The notes: generated by a model not told the origin, from the letters alone. Positions 14,971-28,816 are shown, numbered from the whole stretch's first letter. The stretch: 63,432 bases of DNA, filler included, from Octopus bimaculoides (GCF_001194135.2; 4 parts of 4 records of this genome joined end to end with filler, not necessarily neighbours in it), one strand, 5' to 3'. A program made the numbers and translations.

Positions 14971-17924
14971 CACATGTCTGATCATGCACACACACATATA
15001 TACATATATAAGGGCAAAGCACATGTTTCTTTATGTCTTCACCAAACAATATGTCCTGTAGCTTGGTTTGTGTGTCAGTTTCTGACACACTATGATGCTG
15101 ATGATGAAGTTGATAAACAATGATCGTGTGCTCAAGCTTTTTTCAGCTATTGCCTTAGACTGCATGCTTATTGTCTGCTTAGTCAGGTCAGTAGAGCCTG
15201 AAAGAACAAAAATTTACCCCAAAACTTCTACAGCTGTTTAACACCAGATAAATTAAAACTTCAAATCACAAATTAAATAGCATTCTTCTGATAATCAAAG
15301 AGACCAGCCCTGTCTGAGTCTGAGATGGAGTGGATAAGAGAAAATAATTTTAGCTGACACATTACACTAATCTTATTAATGAATATGAAATTTGGCAACA
15401 TTGTGACTGACACCCTTGGTTTTTTGGGGTTAATTTTTTCTTTTTTTCTTTTTTGTTCATACACTTTATAAGCCAACATCAGACTCTACAGTCATTTACC
15501 TTGAATACTGAAATCACACCTTAAACCACCAATCAAATTTCCTTAAGTTTCGTTACATATCCTTTCATGAGTTGAAATCCAAGCAATCGTTTTCATTCAC
15601 CTTTCTATTTTTATTTATTTATACCTATTTATCTCGCATGAAATCACATTTAACACCTGCAATGAAGGTGAAATTTTCTATCTATCTTACACATCTTATC
15701 TTATGATTATATCAATAATTTATGGATGAATTTAATAGAAATATGAAGGGAGACAATGCATGTTTCCTTGATTGTGTCAAAGGAAAAAAAGAAACAGTAA
15801 CGAAACCACAAATTCTTTTAACAGTCTTTTCATAGACCAAAGTTATAACAGATATCACACTTATTAAGTGATAGTATTTAAATAATAATAATGTTATTGT
15901 GATTATTTCTGCTTTATGTAAGAGGTGAGATTACAGGTATCCAAGTGTGAGAATCTGAAATAAGCTACACATTTAAAGTAAGTTTCCTCCAAAAATAATT
16001 CCATAGGGTAGTTATAACAACAACAATGACAACAATAGCAATGAACAATGGAATCTCAAATCATCCTAAAGCTACACCCTTAAAAAAAAAGGTGGGTACA
16101 TTAGATACTGTAACCCCTGATGCATCATACAGGGAATGCTCAAATTTAGAATGACTTTGATGAAGGCTGCTGTCAGTAGCATAGTGTGAGATATGTGGAC
16201 CACAAGCTTAGCCACTTAATACATTTTTTATCTTTTATTTGTTTCAGTCTTACACTGGGAGGCACCACCTTGAAAGTTAAACAAACCAATCTCAGTGCTT
16301 AAATCTTAAGAGTCTGGTGCTTATTCTGCTGGGCTCTTTTGCCAGACTGGTAAAAGAAACTTACAGTGATGGTCAGCAGTAGGGAAGAAGGTGGGAAACA
16401 CAAACACACACACACACACACACATATATGCATGATGGGCTTCCACACAGTTTCCTTCTGCCAAACTCACTCACAAGGCAATAGTTGGCTAAGGGCTCTA
16501 ATAGAAGACACTTGCTCATAGTGCCACACAGTGGGACTGAACTGGAAACCACGTGGTTGTAAAGTGACCTTCTTAGCCACACATCTGTGTTGAACGGTAT
16601 ACTATATTATTCATATAGGTCCCAACTTCCTACCTCTTTGTCTACTGATTTGTAGACAAAATTACCAAAAACAGCATGTTCTATTTTGATAGCAAAATGT
16701 AACCAAAGTTGGTTTCAGATTTTGACACAAGTCCAGCAATATCAGGGTAGGGGGTAAGTTGATGTCATTGACTCCAGTGCTCAAGTGGTACTAGTTTTAT
16801 CAACCTCGAAAGAATAAAAGGCAGAGTCAACCTTGGCAGAATTTGAGCTTAAAGCATTAAGACTGACAAAATGCCACTAAACATGTAGCCCAGTGTGCTA
16901 ATGATTCTGCCAACTCACTACCTCAAAGGAAAATTCGGCCACAGTGGAATTTGAACTCAGAACATTAAGACAGACAAAAAGTTAGAAAATTACTATTTGT
17001 AAATCTCACAACGTGAGATATTCAGCAACAGTACTTTGGAGTAAAGATTATTTGCTAACATAACATGGCAGTCCTGGTCTAGGACGAATATTGATGTAAT
17101 TTAGCCCCAGGAGACATCGTCTCCATCTGGCTATACGACATGATCTATGTCCTTATATTTTCGAACAAGAGTATCTAGCACCCCAACTCAGCTCAAAACA
17201 ATATCTGTGTATCGCAATTTCTGGGTTATTTCTCTTCATCAGCACAGAATGATTGTTCGGCGAGAGGTGGCACTGCCAAATTCCCATTGGAAAGTTGTAA
17301 AGCATTTTCTCAGAGTGCAATGGTTCTTCCAGCTTGCCACCTTAAAATGTGACAAAAAATTAATCCATGAGTACTAAAAGCAAGTTTTTCCGTACATCAT
17401 ATTTTGATGCATTTGGGAGCATCAACAATGAAGTTTCCTGGGGTCTTTCGGTATTTTTCAACATCAGACATTTTCACCCAGGCAACCAAACCCCAGCACA
17501 AGTCCAATTAGTACTAACTCTGGTAACAGTACCCTCTTCCATGGCACACACCTCCTGATCTACAGTCACCTTGAAGTAACTTCCACAAGCAATCTGATGG
17601 CCTTCCACCTATGGGCCCAGGAATAAGAGGTGCAGGGGATGAAAGCACATCTAAAATCTATGGTGTGTGCAAAATCAAAATTTGCACCCCTACTTACTTT
17701 TCATTTAGAAGACAATGAGTTAAAAGTGAGCTGTAAAAAGTAGCTTGTAGTTTGGTTTCTTCTCAAAGGACAAAAATAAATTTAAAGAAAAAACAATAAG
17801 ACCTTGTCTGTAAAAATGTTTGGGGCCTAGGTTTGCATTGCCTAAACAAATTTCGTTCCTGAGCCAGTGCTTTTACCTAGTGGCCAAGCATCAAATTAAG
17901 TGGCCAAGTGACCAGCGTTGCCTG

Positions 17925-18258
17925 CTAGCACTTGTGCTGGTGGCACGTTAGAAAATCATTTGAGCGAGGTTGTTGCCAGTGCCGCTGGACTGGCTCCTGT
18001 GCAGGTGGCATGTAAAAAACACCTTTTTGAGCATGGCCATTGCCAGTACCATGTGACTGGCCCTTGTGCCGGTGGCACGTAAAAGCACCCACTACACTCT
18101 CAGAGTGGTTGGTGTTAGGAAGGGCATCCAGCTGTAGACATTCTGCCAGATCAGATTGGAGCCTGGTGCAGCCTTCTGGCTTGCCAGTCCTCAGTCAAAT
18201 CGTCCAACCCATGCTAGCATGGAAAGTGGACGTTAAACGATGATGATGATGATGATGC
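17925..18258 (+). mobile_element. SINE family C ending in (GAT)n
   Basis: Internal GGCACGTAAAA repeats, TTAGGAAGGGCATCCAGC and a CATGGAAAGTGGACGTTAAACGATGATG tail typical of RTE-partner SINEs. Other copies: 45540-45750, 51760-51900, 53895-54092, 62495-62700(-). Confidence 0.82.
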
Positions 18259-20053
18259 AGGAAAATATTGACAGTTTTGAGAGAGAGAGAGAGAGAGAAT
18301 TATACATATTCAAAAAGATAGTGAGGGAGTGGCAGAAGCCAAAAAAATAGAAACACCCAAGAGAACACCAGAAACAAAATATGCCAAACAGTTTCAAATT
18401 AGTGAAAGACATGACTTGGATATGTGAATTATATGCAAATGGGTTTGTTGACACTTGCATGGCTATTAAAATAAAAGCGTGATACAAGTGGATAAAATAT
18501 TTCTTAAAACTTCCTCACATCATCTGGGATGTTGTGCAAGATTCATGACTAGATGCAGTTTAGCCTTATCTCAGTGAACTTGGAATAGTGATTGACTCAT
18601 GAAATCATTGTGTGGATATTATAAATGCATTTTTAATAAAGTTCATTAAAATCAGTTTGTGAATGCTTATATTATGTTTATATTATCCTACCACAATGCC
18701 ATGAACATACATATATATCTGTGTATGGATGAGTGCGTGTGTGTATATACATGTTTGTGCATATATGTATGTATATATATATATATATCTATATATATAT
18801 ATATATATATATACATACGTGTGTGTATATACACACACATATATTTGAAAACACACGCACACCTATCATGTGTGCAAAACATATGTTTCATTCTCTACTG
18901 GCCAGTTGTAATCCCATTAGATGCTAAGTATGTCAGCAGTCATTTAGTCAGTGAAGAGTGATATTTAAAATCACTGCTTGGTCTATTTGTTCTGGGCATA
19001 GATTATATAAATATGTTGCTATAATGTCTATGGTTCCAGGACCTGGTTAAACTGTATTAGCAATAACTGGACTTGCTTCAACTAAATGCATATATAATTT
19101 AAATGCAATTGCCAGTGAAGCTGCAAACAGCATTCATGAAATGTAACATGATTCTTACATATGGGTCAGTGGCTGAAGCTAAAATATTGTAAACACAAAA
19201 TGGGTGTGATTTGCATATAATTATACAGAGCAGGCAGAAGGTTGAAAATTTGTAGAGGAATATTTAGTCAATTAAAGTGATACCAGGATTTTATTTTATC
19301 AAACCTGGAAGAAAGAAAGGCAAAACTGGCTTCAGTAAGATTTGAACACAAAATATAAATGGCCTGAATAAAAACTACAAGGAATATATACTACGCTATT
19401 AATCATAATAATGGTTTCAAATTTCAGCACAAGGCCAGTAAATTCAGAAGAGGGGAAGTTGATTACATCAACCCCAATGTTTAACTAGTACTTAATGTTC
19501 AACTCGTACTTATTTTATCAACTCCAAAAAGATGAAACACAAAGCTGACTTCAACAAAATTTGAACTCGGAACATGAAGACAGGTAAAATGCTTCTAAGC
19601 ATTTTGCCTGGTGTGTTACCACCTTATTCTAATAACAATAATCTTTTCTACTACACGCAAAAGCTCTGAAATTTCAGGGGTGGAGATAAGTGGATTACAT
19701 CGACCCCAGTCTTCGACTGGTACTTAATTTATCAACTCCAAAAGGATGAAAGACAAAGTCGACCTCAGCAGAATTTGAACTTAGAATGTAAAATCAGAAA
19801 AAATGCCACTATGCATTTTGCCCAGTATGTTATTGATTCTGCCAGCTTGCCACCTTAATAATTATAATAATAATAATAATAATAACAACAATTATAATAA
19901 TAATAATGATTATATTTCTTTCTACTATTGACTCAAGGCCTGAAATTTTGTAGAAAGATTTTGACCTTGGAGGGATTTGAACTCAGAACATAATGAGGAA
20001 AGAACTGCAAAACATCTTTCTTGTGACCTAATAATTCTTTCAATCCACCACCC

Positions 20054-20099
<46 letters not shown>

Positions 20100-20104
<5 letters not shown>

Positions 20105-20662
20105 GCCCGGATGCAGTACCAGGCAGTGGCTCTCATGGATTCTGATCTTAATTGATTGGAAGTGTTACCATGTACATTGTTTTGTCTTGGTATAAAAGAT
20201 GGGCTACAGCAAATATTCTGCTTAATACCACAGATTTGCTTGTCAGTTGTTTGACCTTAACCAGTTGAGCATGTCCCTTGGTGGCTGACAATATGTGCAT
20301 CTCTGATCACGAGCAGAAGTAGTGGGGGAGCATCATAGCCATGTGTTGAAAGGAATTCTTTGGGGTTTGGATAATTCACCTTTGAAAACATGGGTGTTTT
20401 GCTCAACATCCTTAAACAACCCTTATTCAGGGACCTTTTGAAAGGGATGGGCTACTCAACCTGAAGAAAATTCTAACTGGGCCCCACCTGCGAGGTCATG
20501 CGCTGTTTATTTTGATATAAGATCACCATGTCACGCACATATGGTTGTGATGCATGTGCCTGGTGTACCCTTATCAGACAGGTAGTCATGATGGGTATAA
20601 TGGGCTTCGTATATTTTACCCCAGTGTCACTTTGATGGCATGCATTGCTCTCTCACTCAATA
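20100..20662. repeat. ~560-bp non-coding interspersed-type element embedded in (AAT)n
   Basis: Complex GC-richer segment bounded on both sides by (AAT)n runs; single copy in this window, so repeat status is inferred. Confidence 0.55.
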
Positions 20663-21278
20663 ATAATAATAATAATAACAATGATTATTATTATTATTAT
20701 TATTATTATTATTGTTATTATTATTGATTCTAACATAGACATTGGGACTATAGTGGTTCAACTTCAGTATTTGTCTTGTACTTTATTTCATCAACACTGA
20801 AAAAATAAGAGACAGAGTTGATTGGAGGGCAGAGTAATAGACATTGAAGGCTAGATTTGTGAGATTCATTGTTAGATGGTTGATTTGGGCTTTAGATGTG
20901 TAAAGATCGGTGAGATATATTTGTAGGGCAGACACTGATTTGTGTTGGATAGTGGAAAGAAGTTGGCACACAACACCAGAGGAAGTACTAAGTGGGGTAT
21001 TGTAATGCAGTGCCAGCCATCTTGACAAATATATTCAATACCTAAACAAAGGAAACATTGATGAGGTCAGGTGAACTGCTGATGACCCTCCAGTAATTGT
21101 TGGAAGGGATTTCACTATTTATGCTTGAAGTGAGTGGAGCAACAAAAAATAAAATTTCTTGCTCAAGGACACAGTGCATCACTAGGAATCTTTGTTAAAA
21201 ACTGGCATTTGTTCTTGTGCCACAATCTTACATAACTTCAGTTTCATAGGCTACATTGATAAATACATGAATAAGTAT

Positions 21279-21830
21279 AGGCGCAGGAGTGGCTGTGTGG
21301 TAAGTAGCTTGCTTACCAGCCACATGGTTCTGGGTTCAGTCCCACTGTGTGGCACCTTGGGCAAGTATCTTCTACTATAGCCTCGGGCCGACCAAAGCCT
21401 TGTGAGTGGATTTGGTAGACAGAAACTGAAAGCCCATCGTATATATGAATATATATNNNNNNNNNNNNNNNNNNNNNNNNNNNNNNNNNNNNNNNNNNNN
21501 NNNNNNNNNNNNNNNNNNNNNNNNNNNNNNNNNNNNNNNNNNNNNNNNNNNNNNNNNNNNNNNNNNNNTATATATGTATATATATGTATATATATGTATG
21601 TATATATGTATGTGTGTGTATATGTTTGTGTGTCTGTGTTTGTCCCCCCAACATCGCTTGACAACCGATGGTGGTGTGTTTATGTCCCCGTAACTTAGCT
21701 GTTCAGCAAAAAGAGACCGATAGAATAAGTACTAGGCTTACAAAGAATAAGTCCTGGGGTCGATTTACTTGACTAAAAGGTGGTGCTCCAGCATGGCTGC
21801 AGTCAAATGACTGAAACAAGTAAAAGAGTA
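21279..21830 (+). mobile_element. tRNA-derived SINE family A, full copy with internal (TA/TG)n
   Basis: A-box-like TGGCTGTGTGG, B-box-like GGTTCAGTCCC, CCTTGGGCAAG core, tail GACTGAAACAAGTAAAAGAG. Other copies or fragments: 1-210(-), 4335-4440, 6660-7030, 8920-9380, 16225-16585(-), 22650-22850(-), 24495-24660(-), 25780-25940, 26600-26990, 27065-27265(-), 27890-28200, 35450-35640, 46820-46975(-), 49375-49510, 54920-55100(-), 56738-57170, 62740-62900(-). Confidence 0.9.
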
Positions 21831-22853
21831 AGTAAATAAATGAATGAATACATAAATAAATAAATTAATTAATTTATGTTAAATGAGAAAGACACTTTAA
21901 GTGAGAAGGCTCAAATGACTCAACACACAAATGTGATTTTTAATAGATGACCCTATAAGCATGAGCCAAATATCCTAGCCACAAAGCAGAACTACCTCAG
22001 TGGAGGAAGGATTGTTTATTATATTGATAAACTAAGGAGAATCAAACCTAGTTGAAACTGGAAACTTAATATGAAAACGTTGATATATTTTAACATTTTA
22101 GAAAGCTGAAGTGTTTTACATCACACAGTTATTTTCCCTTGGTTGAATATATAAAATGTGCAGGACATGAGATTTACTAATTGCATTCTTGAAAGCTTTA
22201 ATGCTTGCATATCAAACAACAACAAAGCTGTTAAGCTGTCTCTCAAGGAACTTGATGAATTGACAATGAATAGCAGTACAAGGAAGTTATTATATTATGA
22301 TTGGCAGACTGGCATCAGTATAAAATGTGATGGCTGTGGATTCAAATAAATCATGGCGAATCATCAGCAAAGACCCCATTCACAAGAGAATTTCACTGAT
22401 ATCTCGTGACATTGGAAAGGGATTAGATGTCTAAATTCCAAGAAAACTATATATCAGTCTATGTGAGTAAATACATATTTATACAAACATATATACAGAA
22501 TACATAGAGGAAGATGAATATCCTAAAGGCTCTCTTTTATATTTATAAATACATGAGTAAAGCCAATATATACATACACAAGCACATGCAACCACATACA
22601 TACACACATATGCATGTGTGTGCATACTATATATAACCATGTGTGTGTGTATGTGTCTCTTATCTTTTACTTATTTCAGTCATCAGACTGCACCCATGCT
22701 GGGGCACCATCTTGAAGACATTTTTGTTGAATAAATCAACACCAGTACTATCTTTTTCAGCTGGGAGCTTATTCTATCATTCTCTTTTGCTGAACTTCTA
22801 AGTTACAGGGACATAAACACACCAATACCAGTTGTCAAGTAGTGTATGTATAC

Positions 22854-22898
<45 letters not shown>

Positions 22899-22907
22899 TA
22901 CATATTA

Positions 22908-23199
22908 ATTAAAGAAATTCCAACTAAGTCTGATTTTCACGTTTTATTATTTGCAATTTTTACAATATTACAATATTGAAATAAACTAGTACTTTCATGT
23001 GTTACACAATCATCAGGTTTATGTAGTGACAGTCGTGTTCCACAAGTGACTACTGTTGTCAACTGTTGAACATGACTATCACTATATAAACCTGTTAATA
23101 GCGCAACGTATGAAAATACTGGTTTATCTCAATATTGTAAATTGTAAAGATTGCAAATAATAAAAAATGTCAATCAGAGTTAATTGGAATTTCATTGAT
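22908..23199. mobile_element. MITE (~290 bp) with ~70-bp imperfect terminal inverted repeats
   Basis: ATTAAAGAAATTCC..TTATTATTTGCAAT..TTACAATATTGA versus TCAATATTGTAA..ATTGCAAATAATAA..GGAATTTCATTGAT. Confidence 0.75.
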
Positions 23200-23202
23200 A
23201 TG

Positions 23203-24447
23203 CAGGGTTTGGACAAAATAATGGAAACACCTTAAAATTTCAAACAAATTAATTTTACTTTGGCAGTAATTACAGCTTGAATTCTTCAAGGTATGGACTC
23301 ATACAAAGTTTGAATTGTTTCCAAAGGAATTTTTGTCCATTCTTCAGCTAAAGTAGTCTCCAGTTCTTGTAGTGATGATGGTGGAGGATATCAACTCCTT
23401 ACTTGTTTTTGTAAAATGCACCATATATGTTCAATAATATTGAGATCTGGGGACGGTATTGGCCAGATAAGATGTTCGATTTCACTAGAATGTTCCTCGT
23501 GCCATTCAGTAACAACTTTAGTTGTGTGAATTGGTGCATTATCATCCTGATAGATTGCGTTTCCCTCTGGAAACAGTTCTACAATCATTGGATGAATTTG
23601 ATCAGATAAAATGCTTAAATAGTCTTGACTATTAATTCTACCATGAAGGGAAACCATTGGGCCAGCAGATTTCTCCAGATCATCACAAATCCTCCCCATG
23701 TTTAACAGTTGGAAGAAAGCAGCCTGGGTCAAATGCTTCTTTTGGCAGTCTCCACATGTATAGTTGGCCAGTGGTCAGAAATAAGATAAAGGATGACTTG
23801 TCTGAGAAAATAACATTCTTCCACTGCTCTAGGGACCAATTCTGTTGGTTTTTACTTCACTTTAAATGCTTTGCAATGTTTGTTTTTGAAAGTAGTGGTT
23901 TTCTGATTGCAGCCCTCCCATAAAATCTGACTTTGTGCAGATCCCGGCAAGCAGTTTTTGTGGAAACTAGGTTCTCGAGGTTGCCATTAAGCTCTGCAGT
24001 AATTTTGGGAGCTGTACTTTTGTGATCCTTTCTAACAATTCACGTAAGAGTCCAACGGTCCCTATCTGAAAATTTTGGTTTTCTTCTGGAGTTTTGTTTC
24101 GATGAGAAGGTTTTTCCCTCTTTCTCAAAGGCTGTCATTACTTTCGTGACAGTTCTTCTTGATACACCAAACATTTCAGCTGTTTTCATTATGCTAGCAC
24201 CTGCCATATGAACACAAACAATTTGACCTCTTTGAAAGTCCAATACATCTGTCATTTTAATGAATTTTAATTACCTCCTTTTTCTGATGATATCCACAAA
24301 GAAACAGTAATTTTAGCAAAACATATTAAACAACACTAATAATAATTCAAAAGCCGTAAAAAGAAACAAGCTTTTGACGGTTTTATAGATATTTCAAAAT
24401 TATGATGCTATGACGCTAGGTATTTCCATTATTTTGTCCAACTCCTA
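23203..24447 (-). mobile_element. Tc1-family DNA transposon, near full length, inactive
   Basis: TIRs CAGGG(T)TTGGACAAAATAATGGAAA at 23203 and reverse at ~24420-24447. Transposase remnants MTDVLDFQRGQIV, QDDNAPIHT and WP..SPDLNIIEH (DDE) are broken by stops. Confidence 0.9.
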
Positions 24448-24460
24448 TAAATATATATAT

Positions 24461-24496
<36 letters not shown>

Positions 24497-25749
24497 GACA
24501 GGCTTCTTTCAGCTTCTGGCTATCAAATCCATTCACAAGGCTTTCATCATCCTGAGGCCATAATAGAAGACACTTGCCCAAGGTGCCATGCAGTAGGATT
24601 GAACTTGGAATAATGTGGCTGGGAAGCAATCTTCTTACTACAAAGCCATGCCTGCACTTTAAATACACACACACACACACACATATATACACACACATAC
24701 ACACACAAATGCATATATAATTACATATATAATACATAGAATTATTTGCATGTGTGTGTGTGCTGTGTGCGGCATTACTTGTATGAGATTTGGAAGACCA
24801 TAGTTCAAACGAGTACTCCATACATACATATGAGTGTGTAAATATATTTATCAATGAACACATTGTCAGTGGCATTGGAAATTTTATTTATCTAATTATT
24901 AAAATCCAATTCAGAAACTATTATAAATGCATGAGAATAACAGAGATGACCAAATACCACCAACATCACCATCATCATCAGCATAATCATCTATAGAAAA
25001 TTAGAACATGATACCAAAAAACACTTTCTTTCAATCTTGTGTCATGTTGTCTGTGAAGTTAGAATACCCTTTACCAAATTTTTAAATGCCATTGTTGTCC
25101 AGCAGCCCATATATATGAATCCAATATATTCCTATTAATGGTCTGCACAATCACATATTTTAGTTCAATGATATATATATATATATANNNNNNNNNNNNN
25201 NNNNNNNNNNNNNNNNNNNNNNNNNNNNNNNNNNNNNNNNNNNNNNNNNNNNNNNNNNNNNNNNNNNNNNNNNNNNNNNNNNNNNNNNNNNNNNNNNNNN
25301 NNNNNNNNNNNNNNNNNNNNNNNNNNNNNNNNNNNNNNNNNNNNNNNNNNNNNNNNNNNNNNNNNNNNNNNNNNNNNNNNNNNNNNNNNNNNNNNNNNNN
25401 NNNNNNNNNNNNNNNNNNNNNNNNNNNNNNNNNNNNNNNNNNNNNNNNNNNNNNNNNNNNNNNNNNNNNNNNNNNNNNNNNNNNNNNNNNNNNNNNNNNN
25501 NNNNNNNNNNNNNNNNNNNNNNNNNNNNNNNNNNNNNNNNNNNNNNNNNNNNNNNNNNNNNNNNNNNNNNNNNNNNNNNNNNNNNNNNNNNNNNNNNNNN
25601 NNNNNNNNNNNNNNNNNNNNNNNNNNNNNNNNNNNNNNNNNNNNNNNNNNNNNNNNNNNNNNNNNNNNNNNNNNNNNNNNNNNNNNNNNNNNNNNNNNNN
25701 NNNNNNNNNNNNNNNNNNNNNNNNNNNNNNNNNNNNNNNNNNNNNNNNN

Positions 25750-25781
<32 letters not shown>

Positions 25782-25949
25782 GCACAGGAGTGGGTGTGTG
25801 GTAAGTAGCTTGCATACCTACCACATGGTTCCAGGTTCAGTCCCACTGCATGGCACTTTGGGCAAATGTTTTCTGCTATAGACTCAGACTAACCAAAGCC
25901 TTGTGAGCTGATTTGGTAGATGGAAACTGAAAGAAACTTGTATAATAAT

Positions 25950-26140
25950 AATAATAATAACAACATTGAAAAATACCTTAAGAATGAGAACCCAGGTTTG
26001 AAAATTCCCCAAGACACCTGAGGAAGGCTGGAGGGTATATCAGCTGAAACGTATTAACAACAACCAAGATGAGGACAAATATCTGTCAAATGTAAATGAT
26101 GTAAATAATATACATAATTCCTCATCTCTCAAATATAGAA
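25950..26140 (+). mobile_element. Second copy of the hammerhead-bearing short repeat
   Basis: Near-identical to 6310-6470; GACAC CTGAGGA AGGCTG..CAGCT GAAAC GTA. Confidence 0.6.
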
Positions 26141-27278
26141 CTGCATAAATGTTCAGAGTTCAAATTTTGCTGAACTCAATTTTCACCTTTCATATTTTGG
26201 GAGTCAACAAAATAAGTGCCAGTTAAGCACTGGGGGTGATATAATTGACTTTTTCTTTCCCTGAAATTGCTGGCCCTGTGACAAAAGTAGAAGCCAATAT
26301 TTATAGATCTCTATACAGCAGTGAGTTGGCAGAATTGTTATCACACCAGGAATGCTCTGAGTTCAAATTCTGCCAGGGTTGATTTTGCCATTCATCCTTT
26401 TGTGGTTGATACAATAAGTACCAGACTACTAGGGTTGATGTAATTGACTTATGCCCCCAAAACGCCAAAGTTGCTGGCCTTGTGCTAAAAAAACATTTGA
26501 AATCAATATTTATAGATTTCTATTAGATGCTAGGCTTGAAAAAAAAATCATTAAAATGTTAATGAATAAAAATACACACGCACGCACACACACACACACA
26601 CACTTGCTTTCCAATCACATAGTTCTGGGTTCACTCCCACTGTGTGGAACCTTGGGTGTCTTCTACTTTGGCCCTGAACTAGTGTCCTGTGAGTGGTTTT
26701 GATACATAGAAACTGAAAGAAACCCATCATATATACATACATGTGTGCATATTTGTGTGCAAGCGTAGGTGTGTGTGTGTGTGTGTGTGCGTGTGCATAT
26801 ATATGTGTGCATGTGTGTGTTGATGTTTGTCATCCACCATAGCTTGACAACCAGTATTGGCCTGTTTATGTCACTGTAACTTAGTGTTTAAGCACCAGAC
26901 TATAAAAAAATAATACTGCAGTTCATTTGTACAACTTAAACCAATTAAGGCAACATCCCAGCAATGACTGCAGTCCAATGACTGATAAAACAGACAGACA
27001 GACACATAAATATATACATATATACATTTATGTACTGATATATATATATATTCTTTTATTTTATTTTCTTTTACTTGTTTCAGTCATTTGACTGCAGCCA
27101 TTCTGGAGCACCTCCTTTAATCAAACAAATCAATCCCAGGACTTATTCTTTGTAAGCCTAGTACTTATTTTATCAATTTCTTTTGCTGAACTGCTAAGTT
27201 TTGGGGACATAAACACACCAACAGTGGTTGTCAAGCGATGATGGGGGGACAAACACAGACACACGACTACACACATAC

Positions 27279-27312
<34 letters not shown>

Positions 27313-27418
27313 ACTTGGGGATGGTCATATTGCCAGTTTGGCCAATAAAAACACACGCACTGTATATTTGGTGTTAATTTGCTTCAGCTTTTTATTACAT
27401 TAATCTTAATCTTATTTC

Positions 27419-27462
27419 GGCCAGAGTTCTTTCGTCACACTTCTGTGACCTCATCAGTGGTC
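27419..27462 (-). ncRNA. Hammerhead-like motif in a Penelope-like terminal repeat
   Basis: GACCA CTGATGA G GTCACA-GAAG-TGTGAC GAAA GAA CTC TGGCC: 6-bp stem II, one extra G, tight stem III, imperfect stem I. Confidence 0.5.
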
Positions 27463-27566
27463 CTTTGTTTCCTTCCTTCTTATGTGTGTCTCACCTTGCT
27501 AAATATCAGCCATTTTGTATTTTGTATTCCTATTGTATGTGTCTACGCATGCGTGTCTTTCAATGT

Positions 27567-27666
27567 NNNNNNNNNNNNNNNNNNNNNNNNNNNNNNNNNN
27601 NNNNNNNNNNTTAATTAATTAANNNNNNNNNNNNNNNNNNNNNNNNNNNNNNNNNNNNNNNNNNNN
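27567..27666. other. Scaffold join marker: N44-TTAATTAATTAA-N44; same at 33697-33796 and 56121-56220
   Basis: An identical 12-mer centred in 100-bp N blocks occurs three times; this is an assembly artefact. Confidence 0.9.
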
Positions 27667-27674
27667 TATATATT

Positions 27675-27727
<53 letters not shown>

Positions 27728-27972
27728 ATATATTTATATATATTTATATATATATTTATATATATTTATATATATATTTATATATATATTTATATATATA
27801 TATTTATATATGCGAAATCTGAACTCAGAGCGTAAAGACAGATGAAATGCTGGTACGACTCTGTCATTAACAAATTCACTTTGCAGTTACGTTGGTTTTA
27901 GGTTCAGGCCAACCAATGCCGTGTGAGTGGATTTGATTGACGGAAACTGTGTGGAAACCTGTCGTATGTATA

Positions 27973-28032
<60 letters not shown>

Positions 28033-28816
28033 GACTTGTTTACGTCCCTGAAACTAGCAGTTCGGCGTAAGTGACAATAGAATAAATATCAGCATCCAGA
28101 CTTTTAAAAAAAGTGGGTTCGCTTGTTCCACTAAAACTTTTCAAAGTCTGATTGTAGCATGACCGCTGTCCTATGACTGTAACAGGTGAAAGACAGATAA
28201 ATATTCTGCCAACAATTAAATCAGGATCTGCCACATGAATAACATTGATTTCGTGCTGTTGGCTGCGAGAATATGGTAGAGACGGAACTAATGAAACGTT
28301 GTCGCCAGATTCCATAAAATTAGCGCTTATTTGCTAATTGTAGCGTTTTAATTATAGGATTTAATATGATGGTAATGTCATTACAGTGACGTTTAGGTGT
28401 GAGCAAAATAGTGGCTTCACAGAAATTCTAGAATAGTGAACTCAAACGCCTTGGAGCAATTCCAGATAATTCATTACATGAATTTGTAAGCATTTAGAGG
28501 TATTCATTTTGTATTCTTTTTTACTGTGAGTTCAAGAACCCTCTACAACTTCATTCGTTCAAGGAAGAGTAAGAGGAGAGAGAGTGAGGGAAAGGTCTGT
28601 GAAACACATACTGAGTTCAATCCGTCTTAAGGGTAGTGTCACCGCGATGTTTATTTATGTTTTGGTTGTTGTTGCTGTTTTCTTTTCTCTCCTCGTTGAT
28701 TCGATGCTGAATTATTTCTACTATCTCTTCTCTGTCTATCTCTCTCCCTCTCTTGTTCTTCATCCTTTCTGTTTTTCTCTCCCACCCTTTCCCTTTTCTT
28801 CACTCCCTAACACCGT

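Noticed and set aside
9598-25156. Scattered exon-like AG...GT segments (9660-9598, 11908-11847, 19178-19159, 25156-25089)
   Set aside because: Could not be chained from phase 0 to phase 1 with a family-like peptide; indistinguishable from chance without RNA data.
27611-27622. Palindromic TTAATTAATTAA occurring three times
   Set aside because: Always centred in 100-bp N blocks; a scaffolding marker, not biology.
28205-28315. MESGDNV...EINVIHVADPDLIVG, faintly Tudor-like
   Set aside because: Runs into a SINE tail with no splice donor; the resemblance is too short to support.
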